A DNA stretch of 64,000 nucleotides from Octopus sinensis (GCF_006345805.1 NC_043008.1:63922001-63986000); one strand, 5' to 3'. Positions 1 to 13,913 are shown, counted from the first letter of the stretch. Numbers and translations: made by a program. The notes: generated by a model from the sequence alone, not told the origin.

Positions 1-125
1 CATACATGAAAAAATACCCTGTTGATGTTGTTGATGGGTTAGAACCTGACTCTTTCTCTATTGGGAAGAAATCTGGAATTAAACTGAATAATGACATACA
101 TACATACATACATAAATAAATAAAT

Positions 126-373
126 GCGCCCTTTTTAAAGCCTAGCCAGGTTCATGGGCCCGGTTTCCTGGTTTCAATGGCATATGTGTTCTCAAGTGGA
201 CGGGACGCCAGTCCATCGCAGCGTTACTCATTTTTGCCAGCTGAGTGGACTGGAGCAATGGGAAATGAAATGTTTTGCTCAAGAATACAACGCATCACCC
301 GGTCCAGGAATCGAAACCCCATTTTTTACGATCATGATACCGACACCCTAACCACTAAGCCACGTGCCTCCAC
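126..373 (-). mobile_element. tRNA-derived SINE with CORE/V-like central motifs
   Basis: Reverse strand begins gtggaggcacgtggcttagtggttagg (A box), has a B-box-like gtttcgattcc, and contains gcgatggactggcgtcccgtcc. Confidence 0.7.
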
Positions 374-1333
374 TACATACATGCATATATTACGTCTACC
401 GGCTCCACTCAAAGACACAGATCGGGCCAAAGTTATAGTAGATGTCACTGAGTTCATGTTACTCTATGAAATAGAACTCGAAACCACATTTTTATATATT
501 CAAACAGTCATGCCTGTACCTAATGATATATGGTCAAGAATAAGGTTAATCTAACGAGAGGAATTTCTTACTTGGAGATAGTAAATACGTTTATGCTTTT
601 TTTAAATGCTTCATCTTAATTTATTGCATTTTGGTTGGTGTGGGGTGAAGAATCAATTATTGATTTGAATTCTGTCTGTTTTGTTGTTTTAAACATGTTT
701 ATATAGGCATAAAATTGCCGAACACATAAAGTTCTTCTCCAATCAGCCACTAACAGAAACGTTATCCAAGATTCTTATATAATTGTTCACCCAGTGAAAA
801 ATCTAGTCCATTGCTTTTTCAAATCCTAATTACTATCAAATGTTACTCTTGGATAAAGAAAGTCTGAAATAAGAAGTAGCTTCTTGTAAAAAATTATATT
901 CAGAGATTATAAATATTTGTATGTACAATAGTTTCTTTTGACCGACTAGTTTAAGATTAAATAGTTTTGTAGTTACTCACTGTACCATCAATTAATGAGA
1001 GAGAAGACATCTGTTTTACTGGGGTATACAAAAAGAACACACATGTATAAGAAGAAACTATATGCGAGACTACAGACTATGAAATGAATGAACTACCTAT
1101 TACTATATGATAAACATACACTACACAATACGCACACATTAAGCCCACTTTTTTTGTCTCTATATGACCATTACTATTGTTTTGACGTTCACTTTCCTAT
1201 GCTTGCATGGGTCAGAGGAAATTTATTGGGCAAATTTTTCTGTAGCTATTGCATGCTCTTCCTGTCGTCAACCCACACCTGTTTTACAAGTAAGGTAATG
1301 ATGTAATATTTGCCTTAGTCCTTTGAACAAAGT

Positions 1334-1612
1334 GAAGGTGCATGGCTCAGGGGTTAGAGTATCAGGCTCACAAGGATGAGATAGTGAGTTCAATTCCACA
1401 CAAGGCTGTGTGTTATGCTCTTGAGCAAGACACTTTATTTCACATTGTTCCAGTCCATTCAGCTATAGAATTAGGTTGTGATGTCACTGGTGCCAAGCTC
1501 TATTGGCTTTTGTTTTTCTCTTCGATAATATTGGTGACATGGAGAGGTTGGTATGCATGGGAAACTGCTTGTCTTCCATAAACAACCTTGCCCAGACTCG
1601 TGCCTCAGAACA
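1334..1612 (+). mobile_element. tRNA-derived SINE (related copy at 40498-40835)
   Basis: Head tggctcaggggttagag...gagttcaattcc, then cttgagcaagacactttat; homologous to 40498-40835. Confidence 0.7.
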
Positions 1613-1825
1613 GAATATAAACAGTTCTATGGCTAAAAATTGGTTTACAATTAAGGGGAAAACACACTCACATACCATAAAAAATATATATAAGATTCTT
1701 TTATTAGCATATAAAACTATTGGTAGTGCTTAAATACATGTATTGTCCCCTTTAAAAACACAATATTTATCTCTCATCAGATGGAATACACTTTTTGTTA
1801 AATTTTCTATCACAAAACTATATTA

Positions 1826-2286
<461 letters not shown>

Positions 2287-2287
2287 C

Positions 2288-2318
<31 letters not shown>

Positions 2319-2320
2319 GT

Positions 2321-2366
<46 letters not shown>

Positions 2367-2415
2367 GTATCATCATCATCATCATCATCATTGTTTAACG
2401 TCCGCTTTCCATGGG

Positions 2416-2520
2416 TTACAAAAAAAAAACAAAATGCAAAGACAGGTGGTGTAGACAACAGATGTATTAGTTTAACACTTGGGAAGTGAAAAAGTGTTTA
2501 ACGTTTCGAGCCTACGCTCT
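2416..2520 (-). mobile_element. Penelope-like pLTR fragment (family with minimal hammerhead), truncated inside the ribozyme
   Basis: Homologous to 6726-6917 and 32405-32606; retains gagcgtaggctcgaaacg but lacks the 5' core. Confidence 0.55.
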
Positions 2521-2552
2521 AAAGACTGTTTATATATATATATATGTATATA

Positions 2553-2660
2553 TTTATTTTATAGAAGGAGCTTCTACAGGACTAGAACTGTTTCATTCAA
2601 AAGAAATCATCAGGAGTACCTTATTTACTGTGGTTAACCCCGACTCAACCCGGGACCTAC
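2553..2660 (-). mobile_element. Short element between (AT)n tracts carrying a hammerhead-like motif (2567-2620)
   Basis: Minus strand reads ggtactc CTGATGA tttc-tttt-gaat GAAA cag-ttctagtc-ctg TA gaagctcc. Confidence 0.45.
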
Positions 2661-3017
2661 ATATATATGTATGTATATATATATATATATATACACAGTC
2701 GTAGTGTACTACCTTCTGTTTATTAAATGTAAGTAATTTGGTCTAGAATTATATTTTTGATTTTGCCTATTTTTGCCTTCTAGATATTGAACCATTGGGT
2801 CAATTATCTGGTAAGTATATCTCTATGTTGTATATATGGGATTCAAATTGTGCTTGAGCATTACAAGTGTAATTTTTAAAACATCTTACAAAGTTTTATA
2901 CACACAGACAGACACACACATACACACACAAACATACACACAAACATACACACACATACATATAAAAGAAAGTTATATTATTCCACAAGGTTATATATAT
3001 ATATATATATATATATA

Positions 3018-3317
3018 GAAGTTTAAAGTTAACTGGGATTCATTTAAATTTGTTATTAAAATTTTAAACAAATCTTAACCAGTTTCACTGATTATCTTTG
3101 ATTTTCAAAAGTAGAGAGAGAAAATGTGGAGCTATGCTGCAGCTGCCTTCCTTCTGATTGGAATTAGAAATTTGTGTGATTGGAATAAGAAATTGGTCTA
3201 TAGCTTCATGTCTTTCTCTCTCAACTTTTGAAAATCAGAGAAATCACTGAAACCGGTTAGGTCTTTAAAAATTTTTAAATAAAAGATGTAAACAAATCCT
3301 TGTACAATTTCAACTTC
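3018..3317. mobile_element. MITE-like fold-back element inserted in (TA)n
   Basis: Degenerate ~130-bp terminal inverted repeats (e.g. gattttcaaaagtagagagagaaa / tttctctctcaacttttgaaaatc); (TA)n on both flanks. Confidence 0.6.
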
Positions 3318-3361
<44 letters not shown>

Positions 3362-4158
3362 CACACACACACATTTATTTTAACTGCAGCCATGCTGGAA
3401 CATCATCTCAAAGGTTTTCTAATAGAAGAAATCAACCAAGGACTTATTCTTTTTAATCCTAGTACTTATTCTATCAGTCTCTTTTGCCAAGCCACTAAAT
3501 AACAAAGCTGCAAACTGGCATCAATTGTCAAACAATGGCAACATGGACAAACACAGGCACACACACATAAATACATACACACACACATATTTATATATAT
3601 ATGTCTTTTATCTTTTACTTGTTCCAGTAATTGAACTGCACCCATGCTCAAGCACAGCCTTGAATGGTTTTGCTGACCATACACTTATGCATAAGTGCAT
3701 ATGTGTGCCTATGGCTTTCGTGGTATTGTTTTAGCTGTTAGAAAAAAGCAAACCAGGAAGACTAAACTGAGACAACAAATACCATAGTTGAAATCAGCAG
3801 GAATATGAAATGCTTTATATAATATTGATTTCAAATTTTGGTCAGCATCGTGAAGGAAGGTGCAAGTCAAATACATCAACCCCGCTACTTAATTGATACT
3901 TATTTCATCAACCAACCTCAAAAAGATGAAAGGCTAACGATCCTGCCAGTTTGTCGCCTTAATAATAAGTAATAATGGTTTCAAATTTTGGCACAAGGCC
4001 AGCAACTTTAGAGGAGGGGGAATAAATGTATTTAGTAATAAGATGATGAATGAAAAAACAATTAGGAAGCATACATAATTAATATGTAACAGCATTATAA
4101 TTAAATTGATTTGATTAAAAGGCAAATTTAATAGAATGTATGACACTATCATTCATTT

Positions 4159-4385
4159 GGTGAGCTGGCAGAATCATTAGGATGCTGAGCGAAATGCTTA
4201 GTGGTATTTTGTCTGCCGTTACATTCTGAGTTCAAATTCTGCTGAGATCAACTTTGCTTTTCATTCTTTTGAGGTTGATTAAATAAGTACCAGTTTTGCA
4301 CTGGTTTGATATAATCAACTTAATCCCTTTGTCTGTCCTTGATTGTCCCCTCTATGTTTAGACCCCTGTGGGCAATAAAGAAATA
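4159..4385 (+). mobile_element. tRNA-derived SINE (family B)
   Basis: ggtgagctggcagaatc...gagttcaaattc...gtgggcaataaagaaat; absent from the paralogous empty site near 6120. Confidence 0.8.
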
Positions 4386-4504
4386 AATTTAAGGAGAGAA
4401 AAATATTTTTCATATGCATTCCTTAAACAATGCATTATAGATACTCCCAGATGTATACATATTTAATAATTTTAATTTAGTACTTTCAAGTACTTCTACA
4501 TGTT

Positions 4505-4751
4505 CTACCTGTGACGATTTCATCTCAATCGAAGGAAAGGAGCTTTCTCCGTCCGGGTTGCGGATCCGTGGAACAAGCTGCCAGACGAGATGGTGAAGAT
4601 GCCGACGACCGCTTTGTTCAAAGCCTCCCTTGACCTCAAGTGGCCTGAACTCTTTACATGAACACCACCCTGTACTTAACTCCATGTCCCCCTACATGGC
4701 CTTGCTATTTGCTTTTGAGCCAAATTAACTAACTAACTAACTAACTAATTA
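4505..4751 (+). mobile_element. CR1-clade LINE 3' end, 5'-truncated, with (TAAC)n tail and 7-bp TSD ACATGTT
   Basis: Frame from 4503 reads FHLNRRKGAFSVRVADPWNKLPDEMVKMPTTALFKASLDLKWPELFT* (stop at 4659-4661), typical of a CR1 ORF2 C-terminus. TSD at 4498-4504 and 4752-4758. Confidence 0.8.
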
Positions 4752-4804
4752 ACATGTTGATAAATGTTATCATAAACACACCTTTATAACAATACTTAAA
4801 TATA

Positions 4805-5122
4805 GCATGGCAGTCCAGAAAAACAGGACGAATGCTGCCGTTAATCAGCTCAAAGAGGCCATCTCCTCTAGCTAGCTATGTGACACACAAACCTGTGTCC
4901 ATTATAACCTTCAAACAGGGGAGGTTTGGCTACTCCACATTGATAAGAAGCAACCACCTCGAAACTAGTCTGTGGATGCCATACAACAAGAGAAAGCTGC
5001 CGACCTCCCTGTTCGAAGGTTATAATGGACACAGGTTTGTGTGTCATATAGCTAGCTAGAGGCGATGCCTTCTTGGAGCTAATCAGCAGTAGCATTCATC
5101 CTATTTTTCTGGACTGCCATAT
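4805..5122. mobile_element. MITE / long fold-back element with TA flanks
   Basis: Arms 4805-4930 and 4999-5122 are inverted repeats; TA at 4803-4804 and 5123-5124. Confidence 0.7.
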
Positions 5123-6618
5123 TAGCTTGGCGATAACTATTAATATGCAGTACCGCTGCCGTAGTCTCCTTTAGAGAGAATTAGAAATAATGATATTTCG
5201 ATATTTAAATATACTGACTGATAATTAATCAATTACATCGACCCCACTGTTCAGCTGGTACTTTTTTTACCAGCCCTTGAAACGATGTAAGGCAAAGTCA
5301 ACCTCGGTGAAATTTGAACTCGGAACATTAAGATGGCTGAAATGCCACAAAGTATTATGTATGCCCAGTGTGTATGCGCGGGTGTGTATGATTCTGTCAG
5401 TTTTCTGCCCTTTGCATTATATAATGTTAATCAGTTTCCTATTCACTCGATAAGGTTTTTGGTATTAGAAAGTGCATCTGGTTACAAAAGGAAATCGTGC
5501 CAAAGGAGACATTGGAGCACAATGCATTTTTCAAAACCGTCAGAGACTGTTAGCCTGTTCAACCAATGGCAGCATGGAAGATGAACATTTACAGAAGGGG
5601 ATGGTGAGGAGGAGAGGAGAGGGAAGAAGAGAGGTGGAGGTCAAAAATAGGAGGGGTGAGAGGGAGAGAGAGGAGGGGAAAAGGGATGAGGAGTGGGGAA
5701 AGAAAATAGGAAGTAGAGTAGGAGGGGAAAGACGAGAGGAGAAAGAGGAGGAGAAAAAAGGAAGATGGAGGAGAGGATGATGATGATGATGATGACGATG
5801 ATGACAACAACAACAATAACAATGTCCTTGCTCCCTGTAATATATTGTGGCTCAAAGTTGTTCTAACCGAAAATGGTAGTTAAATGGTGCACTCCTGATG
5901 GTATAGAATTAGTAAATGTTTATCAAATACTTGAAATTAAAATCTGAAGATGGTACTATACATCTTCAATTAGCAAGCTAATGATGCTTTGTATTTAGTA
6001 ATAAAGATGATGAATGAACGAAAAATTATGAAACATATACTAATTAATATGTAACAGCATTATAATTAAATTGATTTGATTAAAAGGCAAATTTAATAGA
6101 ATGTATGACACTATCGTTCATTCAATTTAAGGAGAGAAAAATATTTTTCATATGCATTCCTTAAATAATGCATAATAGATAATCCCAAATGAATGCATAT
6201 TTAATGATTTTAATTTAGAACTTTCAAGTATTTCTACATGTCGATAAATGTTATCATAAACACACCTTCATAACAATGCTTAAATATATTGATTGATAAT
6301 TATATATTTCCCAAATGAATATAATTAGCAGAGCTAGAGATATGAAGATATTGGTTTGCCTATTCATCAAATACTTACTGTTAGAACACTTTGGTGGTGG
6401 TAAAAGAAGCTGGAACAATACATCTCACACAATCGCTGATATGTCATATACAACTCCATTTGAAGACCTATTATTATTTATGGGATATCATATAAGTGTT
6501 GATAAAACTGAAGGAGAAGAAGAAAATAAGGAAAATCAACTTTGGCAGTTTAACATGTTAAACATAGATATTATTCACATTTATATAGAATAAATACTGA
6601 TCAAAATTATGATCTAAA

Positions 6619-6660
<42 letters not shown>

Positions 6661-6725
6661 AATATGATATATAAGTTAGAGAAAAAAAACCTAATATTTT
6701 TATTATATATATATATATATATATA

Positions 6726-6917
6726 GGGGACAATTCATGAAAAAAACAAAAGACGAAGACAGGTGGTGTATAAAACAAACTGATGTATTAGTATAACACT
6801 CAGGAAATTGAAAAAGTCTTTTACGTTTTGAGCCTATGCTCTTCAACAGAAAGGAACACAGAAAAAAACAAGGAGAGAAAACAAATGCGTGTAGTGGCTA
6901 CCGATCTATCATGGCGA
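6726..6917 (-). mobile_element. Penelope-like pLTR fragment with decayed minimal hammerhead (6816-6853)
   Basis: Minus strand reads cttt CTGTTGA a gagc-atag-gctc AAAA cg TA aaagac; abuts (AT)n. Confidence 0.55.
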
Positions 6918-7159
6918 CTACTGGACAGAAGGGTCACGCAGGAGAGCGAAGAAGTAGGGGAGATAACAAAGTAAAAATGACCCCCAACACAAAGGTGTGT
7001 GTGTGTATAAGAGAGTATGTATGTGCATGTGAAAGAGAGCTGGTGGTCAGCAGACGTTAAACGATGATGATGATGATGATATGCTTTAAATCTGTGATAC
7101 AGAAGACAGAATGTAAGTAGAAGCTTTAGTAGCACAACAATCAATACGGCTTTGTTCTG

Positions 7160-7890
7160 CACTGCTCCCTAGCGGGTGTAGGATGATATAATGACATCAA
7201 TGCACTGTGCAAGGAGCTTCATCAGGTGATGTATCATGCTTCAAATGTTATAAGATTTACATTGGCTGCATTGGCTTAATTTCACCTGTCATTCATTAAT
7301 GGCTTAGTGAAACAATGTCATCTTCTTTGATGAATCCTCATTCACATTTTTACCCTTTGAAGTGAGAGTATGCTTATAGTAAAGCTCTCAATCAAGACTA
7401 TTTGGTTCCAGTTCTGAAGCATGGAGATGACTCGGTGATGATTTTGGTGGCTATATCACTGTATTCTCTTAGACATTCAGCTGTTCTACATAGAAGAGTA
7501 AATGTCAAGGCTTATCTGAGTATCTTGGCTGATCATGTCCTTCCCATGAAAAAATCATGAAATAATTGTAGCACAATCTTCCAGAATAGTGCATCAATTC
7601 CCACAGCTAGTGTAATTCAAAATTGGTACAAGGAGCACAATAGGAAAGCGGATCACTTGGCTTGGCTCCAACAATCACCAGATCTCAATATAATCAAACA
7701 GTTATGGTGCCTTTGCTTCACTCCATCATCACTGAAAGGGCTGAAGCAGGTTTTACTTCCCTTAACATTGATACAGAATTTTAGCAAGTCAGCTTCTTGG
7801 TGTACTGAAGTTGACATAGAAGTCAAAAGTGAACCAATTAAATAATAAAAACCTTATTTAACAAGCTCTTTCCATAATTTTGTCCCTGTG
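7160..7890 (+). pseudogene. Decayed Tc1 (DD34E) transposase fragment
   Basis: Remnants NVIFFDESSF, KHGDDSVM and WLQQSPDLNIIKQLW. Confidence 0.7.
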
Positions 7891-7931
7891 TGTGTGCGTG
7901 GGTGTGTATGTTAAAGAGAGAGAGAAAAATA

Positions 7932-8149
7932 TGAGGGTATGCTGAAAAGTTCCTGGCTTTAAGGGTATCATGAAAGGCCTGGTTGGAGGCCCAACCTTCC
8001 AAGTTCTTTTACAGAGCTTAGAAAAACTGAAGGAGTGCTGCAATAAATATGGGAATCTGAGAGGGGAATATGTTGCATAAACTCATAATTAACCGATCCT
8101 TCTGTATTTTCTTTTTACCCAAAGCCAGGAACTTTTCAGCCTCACCTCA
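7932..8149. mobile_element. mariner-derived MITE (related inverted copy ~60169-60388)
   Basis: TIRs tgagggtatgctgaaaagttcctggcttt / aaagccaggaacttttcagcctcacctca; TA flanks at 7930-7931 and 8150-8151. Confidence 0.75.
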
Positions 8150-8214
8150 TAGATATGTGTATAAATGTATCATCATTATCATCATCTTCAATATCAATTT
8201 AATATTTGTACACT

Positions 8215-10010
8215 ACATCTAATTCCTCTTATGCTTAACTTTTCTCTCAGTACACAGAGCCTCCAGTGGATCATACTAGCACCTTTCCTACATATCAAGC
8301 ATGGCCATCAGGTGATGGTCCTGTGTGTTTTCTTGCTTACTAAAACCTTAGTCTTTGCTAAGCTAACTTTATGACACTTCAATTCCACTTTCATATGTAG
8401 AATTTCTTTTCTAATTCTGTCACAGGATCTGTTATGAGGGCAAGACCATTAGCATATGAGAGAACCTAGGGGCAGCTGGACTTGAATTCTTCTGTTATGG
8501 CCTGGAAGTCAATGATGAAAATGAAGGGACTGTAGACCTAGCCCTGATGGACGCCTACCTGTACACCAAATTCATCACTGTACTCATGGTTAACTCTCAC
8601 CTTATTGACAGAACCTTTGTACATGGCCTTTACTGCTTTCACAAACAACTTGTCTACTCCTGGTGTCCTCAGAGACCACCATATCACACATCAGGGTACT
8701 CTATCAAAGGCTTTTCTAGATCAACAAATGACAAGTATAATGACTTATTCTTGGCAAAATACTTGTCTTGAAGTTGCCTGACTATAGCTTTGGTAGTGCT
8801 ACCCCCAAGGATAAAGCCATACTGCATTTCATCCAGTTTAATTCTGTTCCTAATAAATTGAGTTGCATCTCTCTCTGTAACTTTCAACACCTGGTCCAAC
8901 AATTTGATGCCTCTATAATTATATCAATTTAAGGTGCCTCCTTGTAGCAGCTGACTCTGTTGCTGATACACTAGTCACTGCGGAGTCTGTCTTCTTGAAT
9001 AACCTGATTAACTATGTGGGTAACTAGACTGCAATCTATTTCACCAGGTATATTAAGCATCTCAGCAGTGACTCCTGATAGACCAGGGGCTTTCCGTGTC
9101 TTCATATCTTTAATTGCCTTATCTATCATACTGCTGTCGACCAGGATAACTGGTCCTTCTGCTTGGTTCACCTGGGGGTGATTCCATTTCTCTTATTCAT
9201 TCTCTACATTTGATAGCCTTACATATTAACTCTACCATGCCCCTTTTGTTTCAAAAACACTAATTGCAAATATACCATTATTCCTTTGAACACCACTTCT
9301 CTTCCACAACATCTCAATTCTCTCTGACATACTGTCTAGCAACCTGGAACTCCTCAAGTCTTTGATCCCCATGATGTAGGACATTGACAAACCTCTTCTT
9401 TTCTGTTTCTGCCCTACCTAGATAAACCTGAACTTAGCTTCCCTTTTAGCTATCTGATATGAGTCTTTGCTACCCTTACTTTTACACTCTTTCCAAACCC
9501 ATCACTTCTCTTTTATGGCCCTATCAATCTCACTGTTTCACCATCGTATCAACCTTGGTCTGGTAGGGGTTTCATTCCCACCACAGATTTAGTCTGTCAC
9601 TCTCAATAGATAGTCCCATAAGAACTGTCTTCTATGTATTGTGCCTATCTATTCCTCCTTCTCATCAAAGGCTTCTTTAAGAACATCTCTAAATCTCTAC
9701 CCATTTGCGAGATCCTTGAGCTTCCATAAACCCCTTTTCCATATCTGGATCCTTCATGCATCTGAAGTTGCTAACCACTAGCTTATGATGAGTTGTACAT
9801 TCTTCACTAGGGAAGGATTTTGCATTCCCAAGCATATGCCTGCCCCTATTTCTGGTGAGAATGTAGTCAATCTGGCCTAGTGTGCCCACCAGAGTGATAA
9901 GTGACCAGATGGCTAGCAGATTTCTTGAAGATGGTGTGGAAGACCAGAAAACTATGTGCATTACAAAACTCCAGCAGCTTCGTTCCCACCTCACTTCTAG
10001 AGCTATAGCT
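8215..10010 (-). pseudogene. Decayed RTE-clade LINE ORF (APE C-terminus plus RT)
   Basis: Fragments QIDYILTR...ECTTHHKLVVSNF, KAIKDMKTRKAPGLSGVTAEML, QYGF...RQLQDKYFAKNKSLYLSFVDLEK, and degenerate YADD (YANGL); many stops and frameshifts. Confidence 0.85.
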
Positions 10011-10049
10011 GCTGTTTGTGTGTGTGTGCATGCGTGCATGTGTGTGTGC

Positions 10050-10101
<52 letters not shown>

Positions 10102-11494
10102 ATGTCTAGTGTGTGTGTGTATGTCTGTGTGTGTGTATATATATATATACATGTATATATATTTATATATATATGTGTGTGTGTGTGTGTATACATATAT
10201 ATGTATGTATGTATATATGTATTGTGTGTGTGGTGTGTGTGTGTGTGTGTGTGTGCGTGAATCAATAAATATTTCTATGGTTTCACAGCTGAAGCTATTA
10301 TACAAATAGTCTTTGGAAATATACCTTACTTGGTAATAGATGCAAAATAGATAAAATCATAAATATAGATTTATTATTGTTGCGCCAAAATGAAACTTAA
10401 CTCTTTGCAATTTCCAGATCTTATAATTGAAATTATAAACTTCAAGGATTTCTTTCTAAAAGGTTTTAATGGTCAGCAGTAACAGCCAAAAATTACATGT
10501 TTTACATCTAGTTACAAATAGACCGCATTGTATAAAGAGCTATTTATTTTGTGATTATTTATTATAGTGGAGCAAAATGACATTTTAGTATAATACATTA
10601 TGTTATAACATGCTATCTATTATATCTTCGTGTCAGTTTCCAAGTTATCAATCGCAGTCATTTTTAGTTGGTATACCCTTTCCTGCAATCAATTTAAATA
10701 ATTATTTACATGTTCATGCAAAATTTTCAAACGAAAAACCGCTTGTTTTTGGTGGTGGTTGGGGAGAGATTTGTGCTATTACTAACACTTTTAAATTATT
10801 TTATTTTGTCATCAATTACATCAATTTTCCTTCCCTTGCATACAGTGGTTAATCAATAGGTCAGTCGACCTATGAACTATGAGAAATATTTAACAGGTGT
10901 TCTCTATAAAGCTATTCAAATTGTATTCAGCTTAATATTACTTGGTTACATTAGGTATTCAATAATATAACAATCAACTATTCTAATCTAATTTGAATTG
11001 TTAAATGTTGTTGGCACTGATCTATTCTGACTGTCTAATGTATTGTTACATGTTAAAAGAAACAGAGGCTGTGAAATTTTACTGGACAAGTTGATCAGCC
11101 TAGCACAACACAATCTGCATAGCTAAACATAGGTTTCCTGTCTTGGTTTTGTGGTTGAATGATTAGTGGTAGAAGGTTATCCAACTTTAAAATTGTTTGT
11201 TCCAATAATATGTAAATTTGCAAAACCACTTCACCAGTGCCAATGTTAAAGAAAAACATTGATCTAAAACATTAAAAATAAAATAAAAAATGTGAGATTT
11301 GATGGTTTTCAAAATGTTCATTTTGCATTAGTTATTGATGCAAGCATTTCATAATCTGACGATTTTAACTGGCAATAAATTAGTACCAATTTATAGATGA
11401 GTTAACCCAGAAAGCTGAGAGTTTGTTAAAAATGCCAAACTTGCTACCTTCAATTCAGTTTTTGGACCTTATCTCACTAATGGGAAATTTTTCT

Positions 11495-11830
11495 TCTTTT
11501 AATGGCTGGGTTCCAACCCAGGCCACAGCAACAAATTCCACCCACCACACTTCTCAGTCCAACATCACTGTCTCAAGATCTTGGATACATTTCAGGCCAG
11601 TGTAAGTGTGACAAAGTTTTCCTTTACTTACATAATCATGAAGTGGGTTCCATAAGATTAATTTCGATGCTTCCAGTTCAGGATATCGCATGTGGTGACC
11701 AGATCAGATAGTTGCAGATGTCTTTGCCTGATCTTTTCACTAACTTTTTGCAGATCTCCATGAAGGTGTTCATTTGTCATATGTTTCTGCCATTTCACAT
11801 TTAGAACCATTCATAGCATCCTTATTTCTT
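11495..11830 (-). pseudogene. Decayed LINE ORF2 C-terminal fragment (RTE-like)
   Basis: Frameshifted MLRMVLNVKWQKHMTNEHLHGDLQKVSEKIRQRHLQL...LEASKLILW. Confidence 0.55.
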
Positions 11831-12050
11831 TATTGCTCACAAGGGGCTAAACATAGAGGGAACAAACAAGGACAGACAAACAGATTAAGCCGATTATATC
11901 GATCCCAATGAGTAACTGGTACTTATTTGATCGACCCCAAAAGGATGAAAGGCAAAGTCGACCTCGGCAGAATTTGAACTCAGAACGTAGCGCAGACGAA
12001 ATACCACTAAGCATTTCACCCAGCGTGCTAATGATTTTGCCAGCTTGCTG
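11823..12050 (-). mobile_element. SINE family B
   Basis: Reverse complement of the family B sequence seen at 4159. Confidence 0.75.
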
Positions 12051-12074
12051 CATTATAGCATCCTTGTATTGCAG

Positions 12075-12550
12075 CCATCTAGCCTGTTTCATAATTTCTT
12101 TGTCAGTGTCCATGCTTCACTGCCATATAATAGCACTGAGGGTCATGAATGTCGGGTAATGACAAAAGAGTATGATCACAGAATGGAAATAGAATTGCAA
12201 AAGATCACTGGTGTAACATTATTCAATTGGGAGCATAGCTCAGAGATCAGGCAGCCTCTTTGGGTTGGGTCACTACTTCTCTGAATTGCAAGGTCACAGT
12301 TCTGGTACTGTGGAATGTCACAGGAAAGGATCGCAAGAAAAATTCTCCAAGCTGAGTCAATCCACAGGAGACCTAATGGTAGGCCAAGAATTGGATAATT
12401 GGATAATATCCAAACTCAGTTGGTCCCACTTGGGAACCTGGCTGGAAAGTCTGATGATGGCTGATTCTGATGGGGCCATAAGGAGGCAGTGCCTGTAGAT
12501 TCTATCCCCTTGACTCACCCAGCAAAAGACAGCAGAGAAGATGCATGGAT
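12075..12550 (+). pseudogene. Decayed RTE (Expander/Rex3-like) LINE 3' fragment
   Basis: Remnants GHECRVMTK, MSQERIARKILQAESIHRRPNGRPR and LSWSHLG. Confidence 0.6.
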
Positions 12551-13405
12551 GTATGGCTAACCTAAAAATGCAAAAGAACTATATTATCAAGGCATGCACT
12601 TATAGATCTATGATGCAGTGTAGACTCACATTTTAAACACATGGGCTCCAATTTACTAGATATATTAATATGTTTTTAAAACATATTAATTTCAGTTTAT
12701 GTTTATGATGGCTTATCTGAGTAAGACTGGTGCATATACACATTGAAGTTGGTGAAGAATTGCCAACAGGAAAGATTGAAAATAAGGTGTTTATCAATGG
12801 AGTTTTCAGTCAAGAGTTTGCAGGTCATACTCCGAGCAAAGCATATAGAACAGTGGTCATTACAAGAATGAGCAGAAATGCCATCAAGAACAATGCATAG
12901 ACTACTGAGAAAATATCTAAATGGTTCTCTTTGAATAGAGATGATTAGTAAGGTCAGCAGAATGATGCTTGGATACAGGTCTGGGCTTCATCAAAGAAAC
13001 ATGTGTGGAGGTTGTCTTGCAAGTTACATAGCAACCTCACTAGTATCACTGCCTGAAGCAAAACACTCAGTACTCTCTGTAAATTGGTTGGCGTAATGGA
13101 AGAGCATTCAGCTATAGAAACCATGCCAAAGCTGATGTTCAAGATTGACTCAATCCTGTTGCTCAATAAAACATAGTACCAGTCTTAAAATTGTTGGCAA
13201 TGTTCCTGCATCAGAAACGATTGTTAACAAATAAGGCGTAGGAGTGGCTGTGTGGTAAGTAGCTTGCTTATGAACCACATGGTTCCGGGTTCAGTTCCAC
13301 TGCGTGGCACCTTTGGCAAGTGTCTTCTACTATAGCCTCAGGCCAACCGAAGCCTTGTGGGTGGATTTGGTAGACAGAAACTGAGAGAAGCCCATCGTAT
13401 ATATG

Positions 13406-13442
<37 letters not shown>

Positions 13443-13561
13443 CAATTTAGGAGTGACCCCAACAGGTCACTCGTCCACCAGAAAGAGCAGCCATAACTCA
13501 CACCGCCAAGTAATAGTAATTCAGAAATTAGGTGAAAATTTAAAAAACATTACCCTAATTC

Positions 13562-13664
13562 ATCTTTTAGACGTTGCAACGTTTCTGTGTCATTAATGAT
13601 TAATTAGCTTAATTAAATTAAATTAAGCCAATCTACCATAGGTTACACTTCATCAGTAAAAGAC
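13562..13664 (-). ncRNA. Type I hammerhead ribozyme motif in the inverted copy
   Basis: Plus strand reads atcttttagacgttgcaacgtttctgtgt...acacttcatcagtaaaagac, the reverse complement of the motif. Confidence 0.78.
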
Positions 13665-13913
13665 CTGGAGAGACAAATATACACGAGCGTCTGTATCGAT
13701 GCCTACGGGATATCTGACTTAAAATTTTCAAGACTGACGTATCGCGCCAAACTTATCAACAGTAAATATAAACTGCCGATTCAATCTCAGAGATTGAATC
13801 GGCAGTTATATTTACTGTTGATAAGTTTGGCGCGAATACGTCAGTCTTGAAAATTAAGTCAGATATCCCGTAGGCATCGATACAGACGCCTCGTGTATAT
13901 TTGTCTCTCCCAG

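Noticed and set aside
6379-6507. Minus-strand exon with good AG/GT signals
   Set aside because: Stops occur in all three frames; it could be non-coding but nothing supports it.
11502-11711. ORF MAGFQPRPQQQ...
   Set aside because: It lies antisense to a decayed LINE fragment.
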